A stretch of DNA of 63,775 nucleotides, counting the filler, from Octopus bimaculoides (lineage: Eukaryota): the NCBI RefSeq assembly GCF_001194135.2. It is 8 parts of 7 records of this genome, joined end to end, with 100 filler letters (N's around TTAATTAATTAA, not from the genome) between each part and the next. Parts side by side here need not be neighbours in the genome. Positions count along the whole stretch, not along the records: positions 1 to 14,331 come from NC_069005.1; 7 more parts are not named here. One strand, given 5' to 3'. A program made the translations under genes and the position numbers. This document shows, one piece after another, positions 1 through 11,533 of the stretch. Numbering within the stretch: position 1 is the first letter of the stretch; every line of letters begins with the position of its first letter. The notes under the pieces are model-generated. The model was given only the letters and a program-made list of their open reading frames with translations, searched no databases and was not told the origin of the DNA.

Positions 1-80
1 AGAAGAAGAAGAAGAAGAAGAAGAAGAAGAAGAAGAAGAAGAAGAAGAAGAAGAAGAAGAAGAAGAAGAAGAAGAAGAAG
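1..80 (+). repeat. (AAG)n microsatellite
   Basis: Uninterrupted agaaga... run from base 1 to about 80. Confidence 0.95.
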
Positions 81-523
81 GGAGGAAAAGAGAGCAGAGT
101 GTAGAAATATATGTGAAATATAATGTCCTTCAAATTGATGAGTGGGGGGAAGTGTTTAGGCATAGGAGGGGTAACGGGCTGGAGTGAGGTAAGGCTAAAG
201 GATGTAGTTACGTATTTAAGGGATATATTACTTTGAAAGAAACAAACAAACAAAAAGACCCACAGAAAATAAGCAAAAAACATCCAACTAAATAAAAACA
301 TGCATCGGGAACAAACAACACAGAAATTTATCTCAAGGCCTTTCACCATTTCTTTCTTGAAACGGAGAAATAATTTTTCTTTTTAATTGTCAGTTGTTGT
401 TGTTGCTGCTGCTGCTGCTGATGTTGTGGGAAATTGGGGTAAAGAATTAAATAAATGAGAAAAGAAAGGAAGGAAGATCGTAGCAATCAACAGAGAAAGG
501 TTTACTGTTGCTCTGAACGGACC

Positions 524-601
524 ATGTACAATTTGAAACTTTGCTTCTTCGTTTTGGCTGTTTTAGGGCCTGAGCTTGTTCCTGCCGATGATAATTTCGA
601 G
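524..601 (+). CDS. Candidate first coding exon of a secreted or membrane protein (signal peptide MYNLKLCFFVLAVLGPELVPA-DDNFE); downstream exons not identified
   Basis: ATG at 524 in ACCATG context; 26 open codons with a basic N-region (K), hydrophobic core (LCFFVLAVL) and V-P-A small-residue cleavage region; ends at a consensus donor GAG|GTATGT (602-607), phase 0; lies in non-repeat sequence. Confidence 0.55.
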
Positions 602-648
602 GTATGTTAAAATTGTAATTAATATTGTGTGTGTGTGTGTGTGTGTGC

Positions 649-820
649 AAAATGCTTAGCGGTATTTCATCCTTCTTTGTGATCTGAGCTCAAATTCCGC
701 CGTCGTCGATTTTGCCTTACAATCCTTTCAGTGGGTGAATAAAATAAATAGTACCAGTTGAATACTGGGGCCGGCCTCACACGAAATTGCTGGCCCTTTG
801 CCAAAATTTGAAGCAAATAT
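649..820 (+). mobile_element. tRNA-derived SINE family B, 5'-truncated diverged copy
   Basis: aaatgcttagcggtatttc...gagctcaaattccgcc...gtaccagttgaatactgggg...ccaaaatttgaa matches the copy at 11534-11754. Confidence 0.8.
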
Positions 821-1098
821 TATGTATGTATGTATGTATGTATGTATGTATGTATACAAATTGTGCCAACCTGCAGGTATCGTAAGTTTTAATTAACTTT
901 TAATTTTATTAAATGTGTGTGTGTACACGCATACAGACATACATACACACACGTACACATACGTACATACAGATTTGGTAGAACAAACGGGAGAAATAGA
1001 ACAAAATGCAAGTGTGTGTATATGCATATATGTAAATATATATATATGTGTATGTATGTATGTATGTATGTATGTATGGATGGATGGATGGATGGATG

Positions 1099-1135
<37 letters not shown>

Positions 1136-1339
1136 GAGAGAGAGATAGGGGAGAAAGAGAGAGGCGGAGAGAGTTCAAGCTCACTCTGCGCTGAGTGGCA
1201 TGCACGATGCTTCCATCACTTGTGCCATTTTTCTAACTTACGCCCGATTAAATGAAAAAGGCGTGTGTGTGTGTGTGTGTGTATCATGTACGTATATATA
1301 TATATATGTATATATATATATGTGTATGTATGTATGTAT

Positions 1340-1690
1340 ATATAATACAGAATGAGACAAGGACGCAAAACGTCCAGACAGTTAGGTGATACAAGAAAGG
1401 GACAAAACATCCAGATAAACGATACAAAGAAAACAAGGACGGGTCATTCGGAGTTTTCTTTCTTCAGTCGAGATCCAGATTATCCTTGCAATTTCGGCCA
1501 GTTATTCTCGATATTGCTCCAATCTGGCCAGCCCCAAGGAAAAACTAAGATAAGAGCATTAGATTCCTTGGAAGAAAGCAGCTAATGTATACAAAAGCAA
1601 GGACGGGAAAAATGAACAATGTTACACAAATACAGTAAGAATAATAACAGGACAAAACAACAGATGTCTTTCGACTAAGGACGAATCAAA
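1340..1690 (-). mobile_element. (TA)n-tailed dispersed element family D (second, shorter copy at 48605-48684 +)
   Basis: ctcgactgaRgaaagaaaactccgaatgacccgtccttgttt is shared with 48608-48650; both copies run through a T-rich tail into (TA)n. Confidence 0.6.
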
Positions 1691-1710
1691 TTAAGCTGGC
1701 GTATATGGAA

Positions 1711-1744
<34 letters not shown>

Positions 1745-1820
1745 NNNNNNNNNNTGCGTGTGTGTGCGTGTGTGTGTGTGTGCGTGTGTGTGTATGTATA
1801 TATACATATATGTATATACG

Positions 1821-1889
<69 letters not shown>

Positions 1890-1964
1890 TACAATTTCTT
1901 TTTTTAATCGAAGACGAGATAAACAGGATGCATTTGGCTGACGCTCTGGAAAACTTGAAGAATT

Positions 1965-2000
1965 TTCTAACGTTTCGAGCATAAGCTCTTCTGCGGAAAG
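1965..2000 (-). ncRNA. Diverged minimal hammerhead-like motif (subfamily 3)
   Basis: Minus strand cttt-CCGCAGA-A-GAGC-ttat-GCTC-GAAA-CG-TT-agaa. Stem II and GAAACG are intact, the core is degenerate, and the downstream cc(a)gagcgtca is shared with subfamily 1. Confidence 0.5.
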
Positions 2001-2195
2001 GATAGATGTGGAGGAAGAAAAATGGAAAGAAAAGAACAAGCGTGTCTCAGTTAGACGTTCAATGCATACTGGTATGCATACATACGTACATACATACATA
2101 CATACATACACACACACATACATACATACATACATACATACATACATACATACATACATAATACAAATGTATATATGTGTGTGTGTGTATACATA

Positions 2196-2765
2196 TAGGA
2201 AAATGTGTTGTTGAAAATGCACCTAAATTTCAAAAATTCGTAAATGTTTGAAATAAATTTATTTACTTATATACCAAACTAGTTTCAACAATGTGTTTTG
2301 TTTATCAATGGTAAGCGTTTAAAATTATGAATTATGTTTCAATGTTGATAAATTAACATGTTCAAAACAGATAAATTTAGCATTATGAATTAGGAGGATA
2401 GGTGTAAGTTTGAATGTTCATAGCAGTCAATAATATTAAAACTGTATATCAATTTGTTTGAATGTACAAAGTTCATTAATTTTAGTGGTGGTCGACAAGT
2501 CATACTGAGAAAAACAAGGGAGAAATGAAAATATTAAATAAAGGAATTTGGTTTACAGTTTCTCTGATCCCCAGCGTCTACTAGAAGGGGATCAGAGAAA
2601 CGTTGAAACATTTTAATTTGTCAACAATGAAACTTTTAAAGATGTTTTTCTAATTCATGATTTTAAACTTTTGCCATTGATAAACAAAAAATATTGTTGA
2701 AACTAGTTTGGTATATACGTAAATAAATTTATTTTAAACATTTATGAGTTTTTGAAATTTTCCTA
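2196..2765. mobile_element. MITE-like element with long (about 110 bp or more) terminal inverted repeats
   Basis: 2228-2340 (tttcaaaaattcgtaaatgtttgaaataaatttatttacttatataccaaactagtttcaacaat...) is the reverse complement of about 2652-2760 with few mismatches; outer taggaaaat/attttccta. Confidence 0.75.
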
Positions 2766-3284
2766 TATTTTTTCCTGCGTCGGAACACCACCCTNNNNNN
2801 NNNNNNNNNNNNNNNNNNNNNNNNNNNNNNNNNNNNNNNNNNNNNNNNNNNNNNNNNNNNNNNNNNNNNNNNNNNNNNNNNNNNNNNNNNNNNNNNNNNN
2901 NNNNNNNNNNNNNNNNNNNNNNNNNNNNNNNNNNNNNNNNNNNNNNNNNNNNNNNNNNNNNNNNNNNNNNNNNNNNNNNNNNNNNNNNNNNNNNNNNNNN
3001 NNNNNNNNNNNNNNNNNNNNNNNNNNNNNNNNNNNNNNNNNNNNNNNNNNNNNNNNNNNNNNNNNNNNNNNNNNNNNNNNNNNNNNNNNNNNNNNNNNNN
3101 NNNNNNNNNNNNNNNNNNNNNNNNNNNNNNNNNNNNNNNNNNNNNNNNNNNNNNNNNNNNNNNNNNNNNNNNNNNNNNNNNNNNNNNNNNNNNNNNNNNN
3201 NNNNNNNNNNNNNNNNNNNNNNNNNNNNNNNNNNNNNNNNNNNNNNNNNNNNNNNNNNNNNNATATATATATATGTACATATAA

Positions 3285-3331
<47 letters not shown>

Positions 3332-3980
3332 CGATACCTGATTGGTTAAATTTAGAATTCATATGATAGAGTCTTATCAAATTACTTCATTCAGCGAGTC
3401 TTATCTCGCTGGAGAAAGATATTGTGGCTTGCCGCTCGCTGTCCCTTGAACATCTTCTGACGTTGGTGATTTTGTGTGGCTATTCGAGGTATATTTTTAG
3501 CTCTTATTTCTAGCAATTGCACCCTTAGTCATGTATTCTACGTTTTTGGCTTTTGTATTTAATACGTCATAATATTAATTTATCGTTATAATATTTTCTT
3601 GTATATATATATATATATTTATATATACATATACATGAATGGCAAAAGAACGGGCGTTACGTAATCACTTTCATTAAATTACCAGCGATTGTGCATCCAG
3701 ACCTGCTAGTTAATTGTGAAAATTATAACAATTAGTTATCGGTATCGCTGTTGTGGCTAAGAGGAATCATATATATATATATATATATANNNNNNNNNNA
3801 ATGTTTGTATGTGTGTGCGCGCGCTTGTTCGTGTTTGTATGCATGTATATGTGTATTCATGCACATGTATGTAGGTATGTATGTAAGTGTGTTTTTTCTC
3901 TCTTAGGTGAGAACATTTTTGACCGGTCATGTACTTAGTAGCAAGGTTGTGAAGGAAAGTATCATGTTTCAACCATCGTC

Positions 3981-4360
3981 CTTTAAATCTTAAGAAGGTC
4001 TTGCAGATTTTTATAGTCCCTGATATTGTCATCATGTAAAGATTAAGGAATTTCCTTCTATCCCTAAGAGCCCAAGTTGAACCATGCTTAACTTCAGGCG
4101 GATTCGTTCGTGTCCTGTTGCTCCCATAATAATAGATGTGAAGCTGAAAATATTTCTCGGGTAGAGATTTTCAAACTCCTTATCAGTTGTCCACAGATGT
4201 TCTCTTTCTCCTGTATTTTTCTGACCACAATGTTGTCCAACGGGTAACGGAATATATCCTCCACAACAGAGCACATCTTTTTCTCGAATTCTCACGCAAA
4301 AATGTCTGGCCGGTGTGGTGTCTGTTTTAATCTTTAAGTTCCACCAATATTCTTTTGACC
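3981..4360 (-). mobile_element. Degenerate 3' end of an RLE-type (R4/NeSL/HERO-like) non-LTR retrotransposon
   Basis: Frameshifted translation EYWWNLKIKTD..HRPDIFA*EFEKKMCSVVED..YPLDNIVVRKIQEKEN..LYPRNIFSFTSIIMGATG..ISGTIKICKTFLRF follows the PD-(D/E)xK endonuclease C-terminus pattern. Confidence 0.7.
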
Positions 4361-4671
4361 TATCGGTCTCAATATAATCGGCTATGTATGCATGCATGTA
4401 TGTATGTATGTATGTATGTATGGGCCACAGTTATGCCCCTAGGTAGCAAGAAATATTGCAGTATAATGGTACATCTTTTCAAAGACAACAAAAACAAGAT
4501 TCCTAGTATAATTTAACTCTTCTAAAATTTCTTATTTTTGGCCCTTAACAGTAAAAACGAATAAAAATCTTTCCAAATATTTCAAAGGCCTTTAGAAAAA
4601 TTGGCAGATTTAAAGAAATAATTCATTGATGAGAATTTTTTAAAATTTACATAAATTAATGTAATATATTG

Positions 4672-4881
4672 ATTTCAATTTGTTTCAAATTTTGGTACAA
4701 GGCCAGTAGTCTTGACGAGAGAGAGTAAGTCAATTACATCGACCCCAGCACTCAACTGGTACTTATTTTATCGTCCCCGTAAAGATGAAAGGCAAAGTCG
4801 ACCTCAGAACTTAAGCATGGACGAAATGTCGCTAAGCATTTTTTTCCCGGCGTGCTAACGATTTTGCCTGCTCACCGCCTT
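4672..4881 (-). mobile_element. SINE family B copy
   Basis: Reverse complement of the family B consensus (ggcaaagtcgacctc, tttatcgtcccc, gacgaaatg..gctaagcattt, gctcaccgcctt). Confidence 0.85.
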
Positions 4882-4900
4882 AAAATTAATGTAATATATC

Positions 4901-5115
4901 GGTTTCAAATTTTGGTACAAGACCAGCAATCTTAGCGGGATTGGGTAACTCGGTTACATCGACCCCAGTGCTCGCCTGATATTTATTTTATCAACTCCAA
5001 AAGGATGCAAGGCAAAGTTGGCCTCGGCGGAACTTGAACTCAGAATGTAAAGACAGACAAAATGTTAAGCGGCATTTTGTCCCGCCTGCTAACGACGCCG
5101 CCAGCTCGTCGCCTT
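4901..5115 (-). mobile_element. SINE family B copy, tandem with the previous one
   Basis: ggcaaagttggcctcggcggaacttgaactcagaatgt...ccagctcgtcgcctt. Confidence 0.85.
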
Positions 5116-5174
5116 AAATTAATGTAATGTATTGAAAAGTGAAAAAGGTTTTCCTATTATTACAGCTTCTAAAC

Positions 5175-5372
5175 TGCATGGCCAAATAGTTAGAGGTTTT
5201 GTACTCGCGAACTTGCGAACGTGGTTTCAATTCCTGGATTGGACGGTGCGTTGCGTTTTTCACTCAGCTGTGAACGAGTAACCCTACAATGGACTGGCAT
5301 CCCATTCAGGGGCAATACTGTGACCTTCGTCACTTATATTCCATAGAAACCGGGTAGCGAGCCTAATGTTTC
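5175..5372 (+). mobile_element. tRNA-derived SINE family F with a V/Meta-like central domain
   Basis: A-box-like tggccaaatagttag, B-box-like ggtttcaattcc, then accctacaatggactggcatcccattcagggg...gaaaccgg; related copy at 21953-22230. Confidence 0.6.
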
Positions 5373-5392
5373 CTTGGACTCAAGACGTAGAG

Positions 5393-6054
5393 CAGTGTTT
5401 CTCAATCAGGGTCCATATGGCCCTTGAGAGCCCATATAAAATTTTGTTGTTGAAATTTTTATCTGCAATAAATCGGTTACACTTCTACAACACAAATATG
5501 TTAATTTTTTTAGACAATTCCTAATAATATTTAATTATATAAAATATAATGCAACTTTTTAAACATCGGCGTAGGAATAGCTGAGTGGTAGGTAGTTTGC
5601 TTACCAGCCACAAGGTTCCGGGTTCAGTCCCACTGCGTGGCACCTTGGGTAAGTGTCTTCTACTATAGCCTCGGGCCGACCAACACCTTATGAGTGGATT
5701 TGGTAGACGGAAACTGAAAGAAGCCCGTTGTATATATATATAAACATATGTGTGTGTGTGTGTGTGTGTATGTGTCTGTGTTTGTTCCCCCAGCATCACT
5801 TGACAACCGATGCTGCTGTGTTTACGTCCCCGTAACTTAGCGGTTCGGCGAAAGAGACCGATAGAATAAATACTAAGCTTACAAAGAATAAGTCCTGGGG
5901 TCGATTTGATTCGACTAAAGGCCGTGCTCCAGCATGGCCGCAGTCAAATGACTGAAACAAATAAAAGAATAAATCGAATAAATAGGATGCTACACCCAAA
6001 TAAAATAAAGAATCGAAGAGTTCCATAGGTAAAAAAAATGGTTCAGAAACACTC
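5393..6054. mobile_element. hAT (Charlie-like) MITE interrupted by a SINE
   Basis: Left end CAGTGTTTCTCAATC, right end GGTTCAGAAACACTC; 8-bp flanks acgtagag / atgcggag differ only by transitions. Confidence 0.65.
5568..5970 (+). mobile_element. tRNA-derived SINE family A, near full length
   Basis: A box-like tagctgagtgg, B box ggttcagtccc, gcaccttgggtaagtgtcttctactatagcc core, internal (TA)/(TG) tract, 3' ...ccagcatggccgcagtcaaatgactgaaac. Confidence 0.9.
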
Positions 6055-6538
6055 ATGCGGAGGGTTATATTCTTGCTAGGGCTTGCTTATTTCTATTCCT
6101 TATTTAATTTTATTTATTTACTATGAAGATGGATGGCATTCTTATGAAAATCAGTTTGAATCCATTTCTAGGCACCCAACAATGAATATTTTTAGTATTT
6201 TTGTTATATATATATTTTCTTTAAGTAAGGTATCCACTTTCGTCTTAGATGAAACTGGTTTCAGTACTGAAGGTACCATGGTCCCGGAGTACCTTAACTA
6301 TGCAGAAGGGTTGCAGTGCAGACAGCAGCAGAGAAATGTGGCCGCAGAGGAGTATCCCGGAGTCATGACGTGGATGTGACCCGGGGACCTTACAGTGAGA
6401 GAAGTTGAGGGCCAAGACATTTGCATAGGCGGCACTTCTCTGAAGACTCTCTACTGTTCAGCTCTCTCTCTCTGCCGTTTCTTACTACCCGACACTAAAT
6501 TGATGTGATTGTAGTTAAGTTAGATATTAACAAAACTA

Positions 6539-6583
<45 letters not shown>

Positions 6584-7624
6584 AGCATACACACACACTC
6601 ATATATACGTATGTATATAAGTGAGTATACAAAGTATATATGTATGCATTTACGTGTATATGTATATATATGCATACGATATATGTACGTATATATGTGT
6701 GTGTGTATCTATGTATGCATGGGAGTATANNNNNNNNNNNNNNNNNNNNNNNNNNNNNNNNNNNNNNNNNNNNNNNNNNNNNNNNNNNNNNNNNNNNNNN
6801 ATATATATATATATAATTTGGGAAAACAAATTTCTAAACCAATCAGGTGCAACCCTTCAGTGTTATATATATCTACATATCGTACTTTGGGGTCTTATTT
6901 ATCGTATATCTTTATATATTTATCTATAAATATACAAAGTATCTGATAAAAGTCAAGATATGTATTTGAATTTTTCTTGTTATATATCACATTTAAACGC
7001 AGACATTTTTATTCTGATGTTTAATCTTATATCTCACATTCTGTATTTGACATATACTAGATTTTACATGATTGATATATAAACTAATTCATATTTATAA
7101 TGCATAATTTATAAATTTTAATTCTTAATATTACAAAGTATAATTTTTATTCTTAATTTTTAATTCGTAATTTTTAATCTTTAATACTTAATTGTATGTA
7201 AAATTAGATATATAATATTTTGAAATAGAACTTGAAGAGATGTTGGAATAATTGTAAATCTGATGATCGCATATATGTATTTATATATGTATATGTAAGG
7301 GTATACAGTTGTGTATATGTATAGATATTGTAATCTTCCAATACTGAAACACGTGTAGTTCCTTCATATTTAATAAATATAAGTATTAACTAAAGTAGGA
7401 TATAATTAAGGAAATATATTATATACCCAGCTGGTAATTTTGGTTATATCCTTTAAGTATTATTTCGAGATGTGCAAACTGATACCATGAGTTTACTGTC
7501 AGATATACTCATTAGGTTATTTTTGTATTATCTGAAATAGAATAACCACATATCGATTAATCCCCAAAAATTGAATTATTCATATGTGTGTGTGTATGTG
7601 TGTATGTGTGCTTATATATATTAC

Positions 7625-7812
7625 ACGTTTCAGTCATTTGACTGCGGCCATGCGGGAGCACCGCCTTTATTCAAAGAAATCGACCCCACGACTTATACTT
7701 TGTAAGCCTAGTACTTATTCTATTAGACACTTTAGCCGAACCGCTAAGTTTCGGTGACATAAACAAACCAATATATCAAGTGATGGCGGGAGGACAAAAA
7801 CACAGACACAAA
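7625..7812 (-). mobile_element. SINE family A, 3' half
   Basis: gtttcagtcatttgactgcggccatgc...tgtaagcctagtacttattcta... is the reverse complement of the 5780-5960 segment. Confidence 0.85.
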
Positions 7813-8479
7813 GTCACACACATAAATATNNNNNNNNNNNNNNNNNNNNNNNNNNNNNNNNNNNNNNNNNNNNNNNNNNNNNNNNNNNNNNNNNNNNNNN
7901 NNNNNNNNNNNNNNNNNNNNNNNNNNNNNNNNNNNNNNNNNNNNNNNNNNNNNNNNNNNNNNNNNNNNNNNNNNNNNNNNNNNNNNNNNNNNNNNNNNNN
8001 NNNNNNNNNNNNNNNNNNNNNNNNNNNNNNNNNNNNNNNNNNNNNNNNNNNNNNNNNNNNNNNNNNNNNNNNNNNNNNNNNNNNNNNNNNNNNNNNNNNN
8101 NNNNNNNNNNNNNNNNNNNNNNNNNNNNNNNNNNNNNNNNNNNNNNNNNNNNNNNNNNNNNNNNNNNNNNNNNNNNNNNNNNNNNNNNNNNNNNNNNNNN
8201 NNNNNNNNNNNNNNNNNNNNNNNNNNNNNNNNNNNNNNNNNNNNNNNNNNNNNNNNNNNNNNNNNNNNNNNNNNNNNNNNNNNNNNNNNNNNNNNNNNNN
8301 NNNNNNNNNNNNNNNNNNNNNNNNNNNNNNNNNNNNNNNNNNNNNNNNNNNNNNNNNNNNNNNNNNNNNNNNNNNNNNNNNNNNNNNNNNNNNNNNNNNN
8401 NNNNNNNNNNNNNNNNNNNNNNNNNNNNNTGTGTGTGTGTGTGTGTATATACACGACGGACTTCTTTCAGTTTTCGTTA

Positions 8480-8782
8480 CAACGAATGTTCCAGTTGATC
8501 CGTTCAACAGAACAGCCTGCACGGGAAATTAACGTGCCAATGGCTGAGCACCCCACAGACATGCGTACCCTTAACGTAGTTCTCAGAGAGATTCAGCATG
8601 ACACAGAATGTGACAAGGCTGGTTCTTTGAATCATGGGTACAACGCATTTTTGTCACCTGAGTGGATGAAGCAACGTGAAATAAAGAGTCTTGCTCAAAA
8701 ACACAACGTACTGACGGGAATCGAACACACGACCTTACGATCGCAAACCAAATACCCTAAACACTAAGCCACGTGCCTTCAA
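8480..8782 (-). mobile_element. tRNA-derived SINE family C, near full length
   Basis: The minus strand starts with a tRNA-like head (ggcacgtggcttagtgtttaggg...gtgttcgattcccg), then gttttttgagcaagactc-like core and the body shared with 11757-11920 and 12451-12722. Confidence 0.8.
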
Positions 8783-9364
8783 ACATGGACGAATACAGGT
8801 ATGTCAAATAACATATAACATAAGTTCCTGATTTATTAAAATCATGTTTCTAGATGAGATATCATAATTACTATTTGGGGACCAGTTCCATACATACATT
8901 CAAACATGCATACATACATAAATACTTACGTACATTCATACATGCATGCATACATACAAATATACCTGCAAGCATTTATGCATACATACATAATGCAAGT
9001 ATGGATACATACATAATACATGCGTGCATACATTCATTTATACATGCATACATACATGCATGCTCGCATACATACATACATACATACATACATACATACA
9101 TACATACANNNNNNNNNNNNNNNNNNNNNNNNNNNNNNNNNNNNNNNNNNNNNNNNNNNNNNNNNNNNNNNNNNNNNNNNNNNNNNNNNNNNNNNNNNNN
9201 NNNNNNNNTCAACGGTGAAAATAAATAAATAAATAAATAAATAAAGGGTTTGGGAGAGTTTGAAGTTACAAGATTAGATTCAGAAAAACATGTTTAAACG
9301 ATCAAATGTTCAAACGTTCACAGAAATTTCAATGAGTTTCACAGGGATAGACAGTAATATAACT

Positions 9365-9557
9365 CTTTACTTGTCATTTGACTGCGGCCATGCTGGAGCA
9401 CTGCCTTTAGTCGAGAAAATCGACCCCAGGACTTATTCTTTGTAAGCCTAGTACTTATTCTATCGGTCTCTTTTTGCCGAACCGCTAGGTTACGGGGACG
9501 TAAACACACCAGCATCGGTTGTCAAGCGATGGTGGGGGGACAAACATAGACACACAA

Positions 9558-9570
<13 letters not shown>
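9365..9570 (-). mobile_element. SINE family A, 3' half, young copy
   Basis: Close reverse-complement match to 5770-5960. Confidence 0.88.
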
Positions 9571-9588
<18 letters not shown>

Positions 9589-10517
9589 CAAATATATATA
9601 TATTTGTATATATATATATATAGGCTTTGGTTGNNNNNNNNNNNNNNNNNNNNNNNNNNNNNNNNNNNNNNNNNNNNNNNNNNNNNNNNNNNNNNNNNNN
9701 NNNNNNNNNNNNNNNNNNNNNNNNNNNNNNNNNNNNNNNNNNNNNNNNNNNNNNNNNNNNNNNNNNNNNNNNNNNNNNNNNNNNNNNNNNNNNNNNNNNN
9801 NNNNNNNNNNNNNNNNNNNNNNNNNNNNNNNNNNNNNNNNNNNNNNNNNNNNNNNNNNNNNNNNNNNNNNNNNNNNNNNNNNNNNNNNNNNNNNNNNNNN
9901 NNNNNNNNNNNNNNNNNNNNNNNNNNNNNNNNNNNNNNNNNNNNNNNNNNNNNNNNNNNNNNNNNNNNNNNNNNNNNNNNNNNNNNNNNNNNNNNNNNNN
10001 NNNNNNNNNNNNNNNNNNNNNNNNNNNNNNNNNNNNNNNNNNNNNNNNNNNNNNNNNNNNNNNNNNNNNNNNNNNNNNNNNNNNNNNNNNNNNNNNNNNN
10101 NNNNNNNNNNNNNNNNNNNNNNNNNNNNNNNNNNNNNNNNNNNNNNNNNNNNNNNNNNNNNNNNNNNNNNNNNNNNNNNNNNNNNNNNNNNNNNNNNNNN
10201 NNNNNNNNNNNNNNNNNNNNNNNNNNNNNNNNNNNNNNNNNNNNNNNNNNNNNNNNNNNNNNNNNNNNNNNNNNNNNNNNNNNNNNNNNNNNNNNNNNNN
10301 NNNNNNNNNNNNNNNNNNNNNNNNNNNNNNNNNNNNNNNNNNNNNNNNNNNNNAACATGGGTGCAAAGAAACAGGTTCAGGGGTTGGAATAAGGTACAAA
10401 TGATTAAACTGATTCTGATGGTTCCCTATATTGTCGATCTCCCTGAAGGTTGAAAGGTAATTTGGCTTCGGCACCTATTGCGTTGTCATTGAATGTTTTT
10501 CCCTTCAAGAAAGACTT

Positions 10518-10730
10518 CAAATTTTGGCATTTTGGCACGAGGCCAGCAACTTTAGGTGAGAGTGTAAGTCGATTACATCAACCCCAGTACTCAACTGGTA
10601 CTTATTTTATCGACCCCACAAGGATGAAAAGCAAAGTCGACCTCGGCAGAATTTGAACTAATCAATCAGGAGAAATACTACAAAGCATTTTTTTTACGAG
10701 CCTCTAACTGTTCTGACAGCTTGCCACCAT
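10518..10730 (-). mobile_element. SINE family B copy
   Basis: caaattttggc..aggccagcaa..gtcgattacatcaaccccagtactcaactggtacttattttatcgacccc..aaagtcgacctcggcagaatttgaac. Confidence 0.85.
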
Positions 10731-10899
10731 GCTTTGCCCTACTATGATGCGTTTCTCTGGTACACTTTTTTGGTAAATTAGCTTAAATTCAATGACATAC
10801 AATGCTCAATAGAGAACATCAAGTTAATCGGTTTGTTATTCAATCAAGTCACAATTAACTGGACGGACACGATGGAGCTTCTTTATGCCTTGTATCTTT

Positions 10900-11290
10900 T
10901 ATCTTATACTTGTGTCAGTCATTTGACTGTGGACTTGCTGGGGCACCGTCTTGAAGGGTTTTAGTCGGACAAATTGATCCGAGGACATTATTTTTTGAAG
11001 CCTAGTACTTACTCTATCGGTCTCTTTTGCCGAATTGCTAAGTTACAATGACGTAAACACACCAACACCGGTTTTCAAGCAGTCAAGTAATGGTGGAGGA
11101 CAAACACAGGCACAGAGACACACACACATAGATGTATACATATCTACCCTGTCTACCAAATCCACTCACAAGGTTTTAGTCAGCCTGAGGCTATAGTAGA
11201 AGACCACTTGCCCAAGGTGTTACGCAGTGAGATTGAGCCCGGAACCATGTGGTTGGAAAGCAAGCTTCTTACCTTGCAACCAAACCTTCC
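10900..11290 (-). mobile_element. SINE family A, near full length, moderately diverged
   Basis: Both the 3' half (gtcagtcatttgactgtgg) and the head (cttgcccaaggtgttacgcagtgagattgagcccggaacc) are present. Confidence 0.85.
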
Positions 11291-11533
11291 TCAAATTATA
11301 TTGGCTTTTTTCTCTTCTTTGCCATCCTGTTCCGTTTCCATGAGGAGTATTCTGCTGTACAAGAGATATTGTGAACTCAACACCGGTCAATCCATTTTTG
11401 CCATTAGTCCCTCTTCGTGACATACTCAATGGTTTTACTAAACCGAGTATGGTATTTGCTAGATTGTTATTAACTTCGGGGATGCTTGTCTTTCACAAAG
11501 TCCATCCAACACAATAAGCGCTTGTATATTCAA

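Noticed and set aside
6240-6540. GC-richer segment with ORF DETGFSTEG... and a TGTAGTT/AACTACA pair suggesting an exon or LTR
   Set aside because: No donor or homology support, and no second LTR, PBS or PPT visible.
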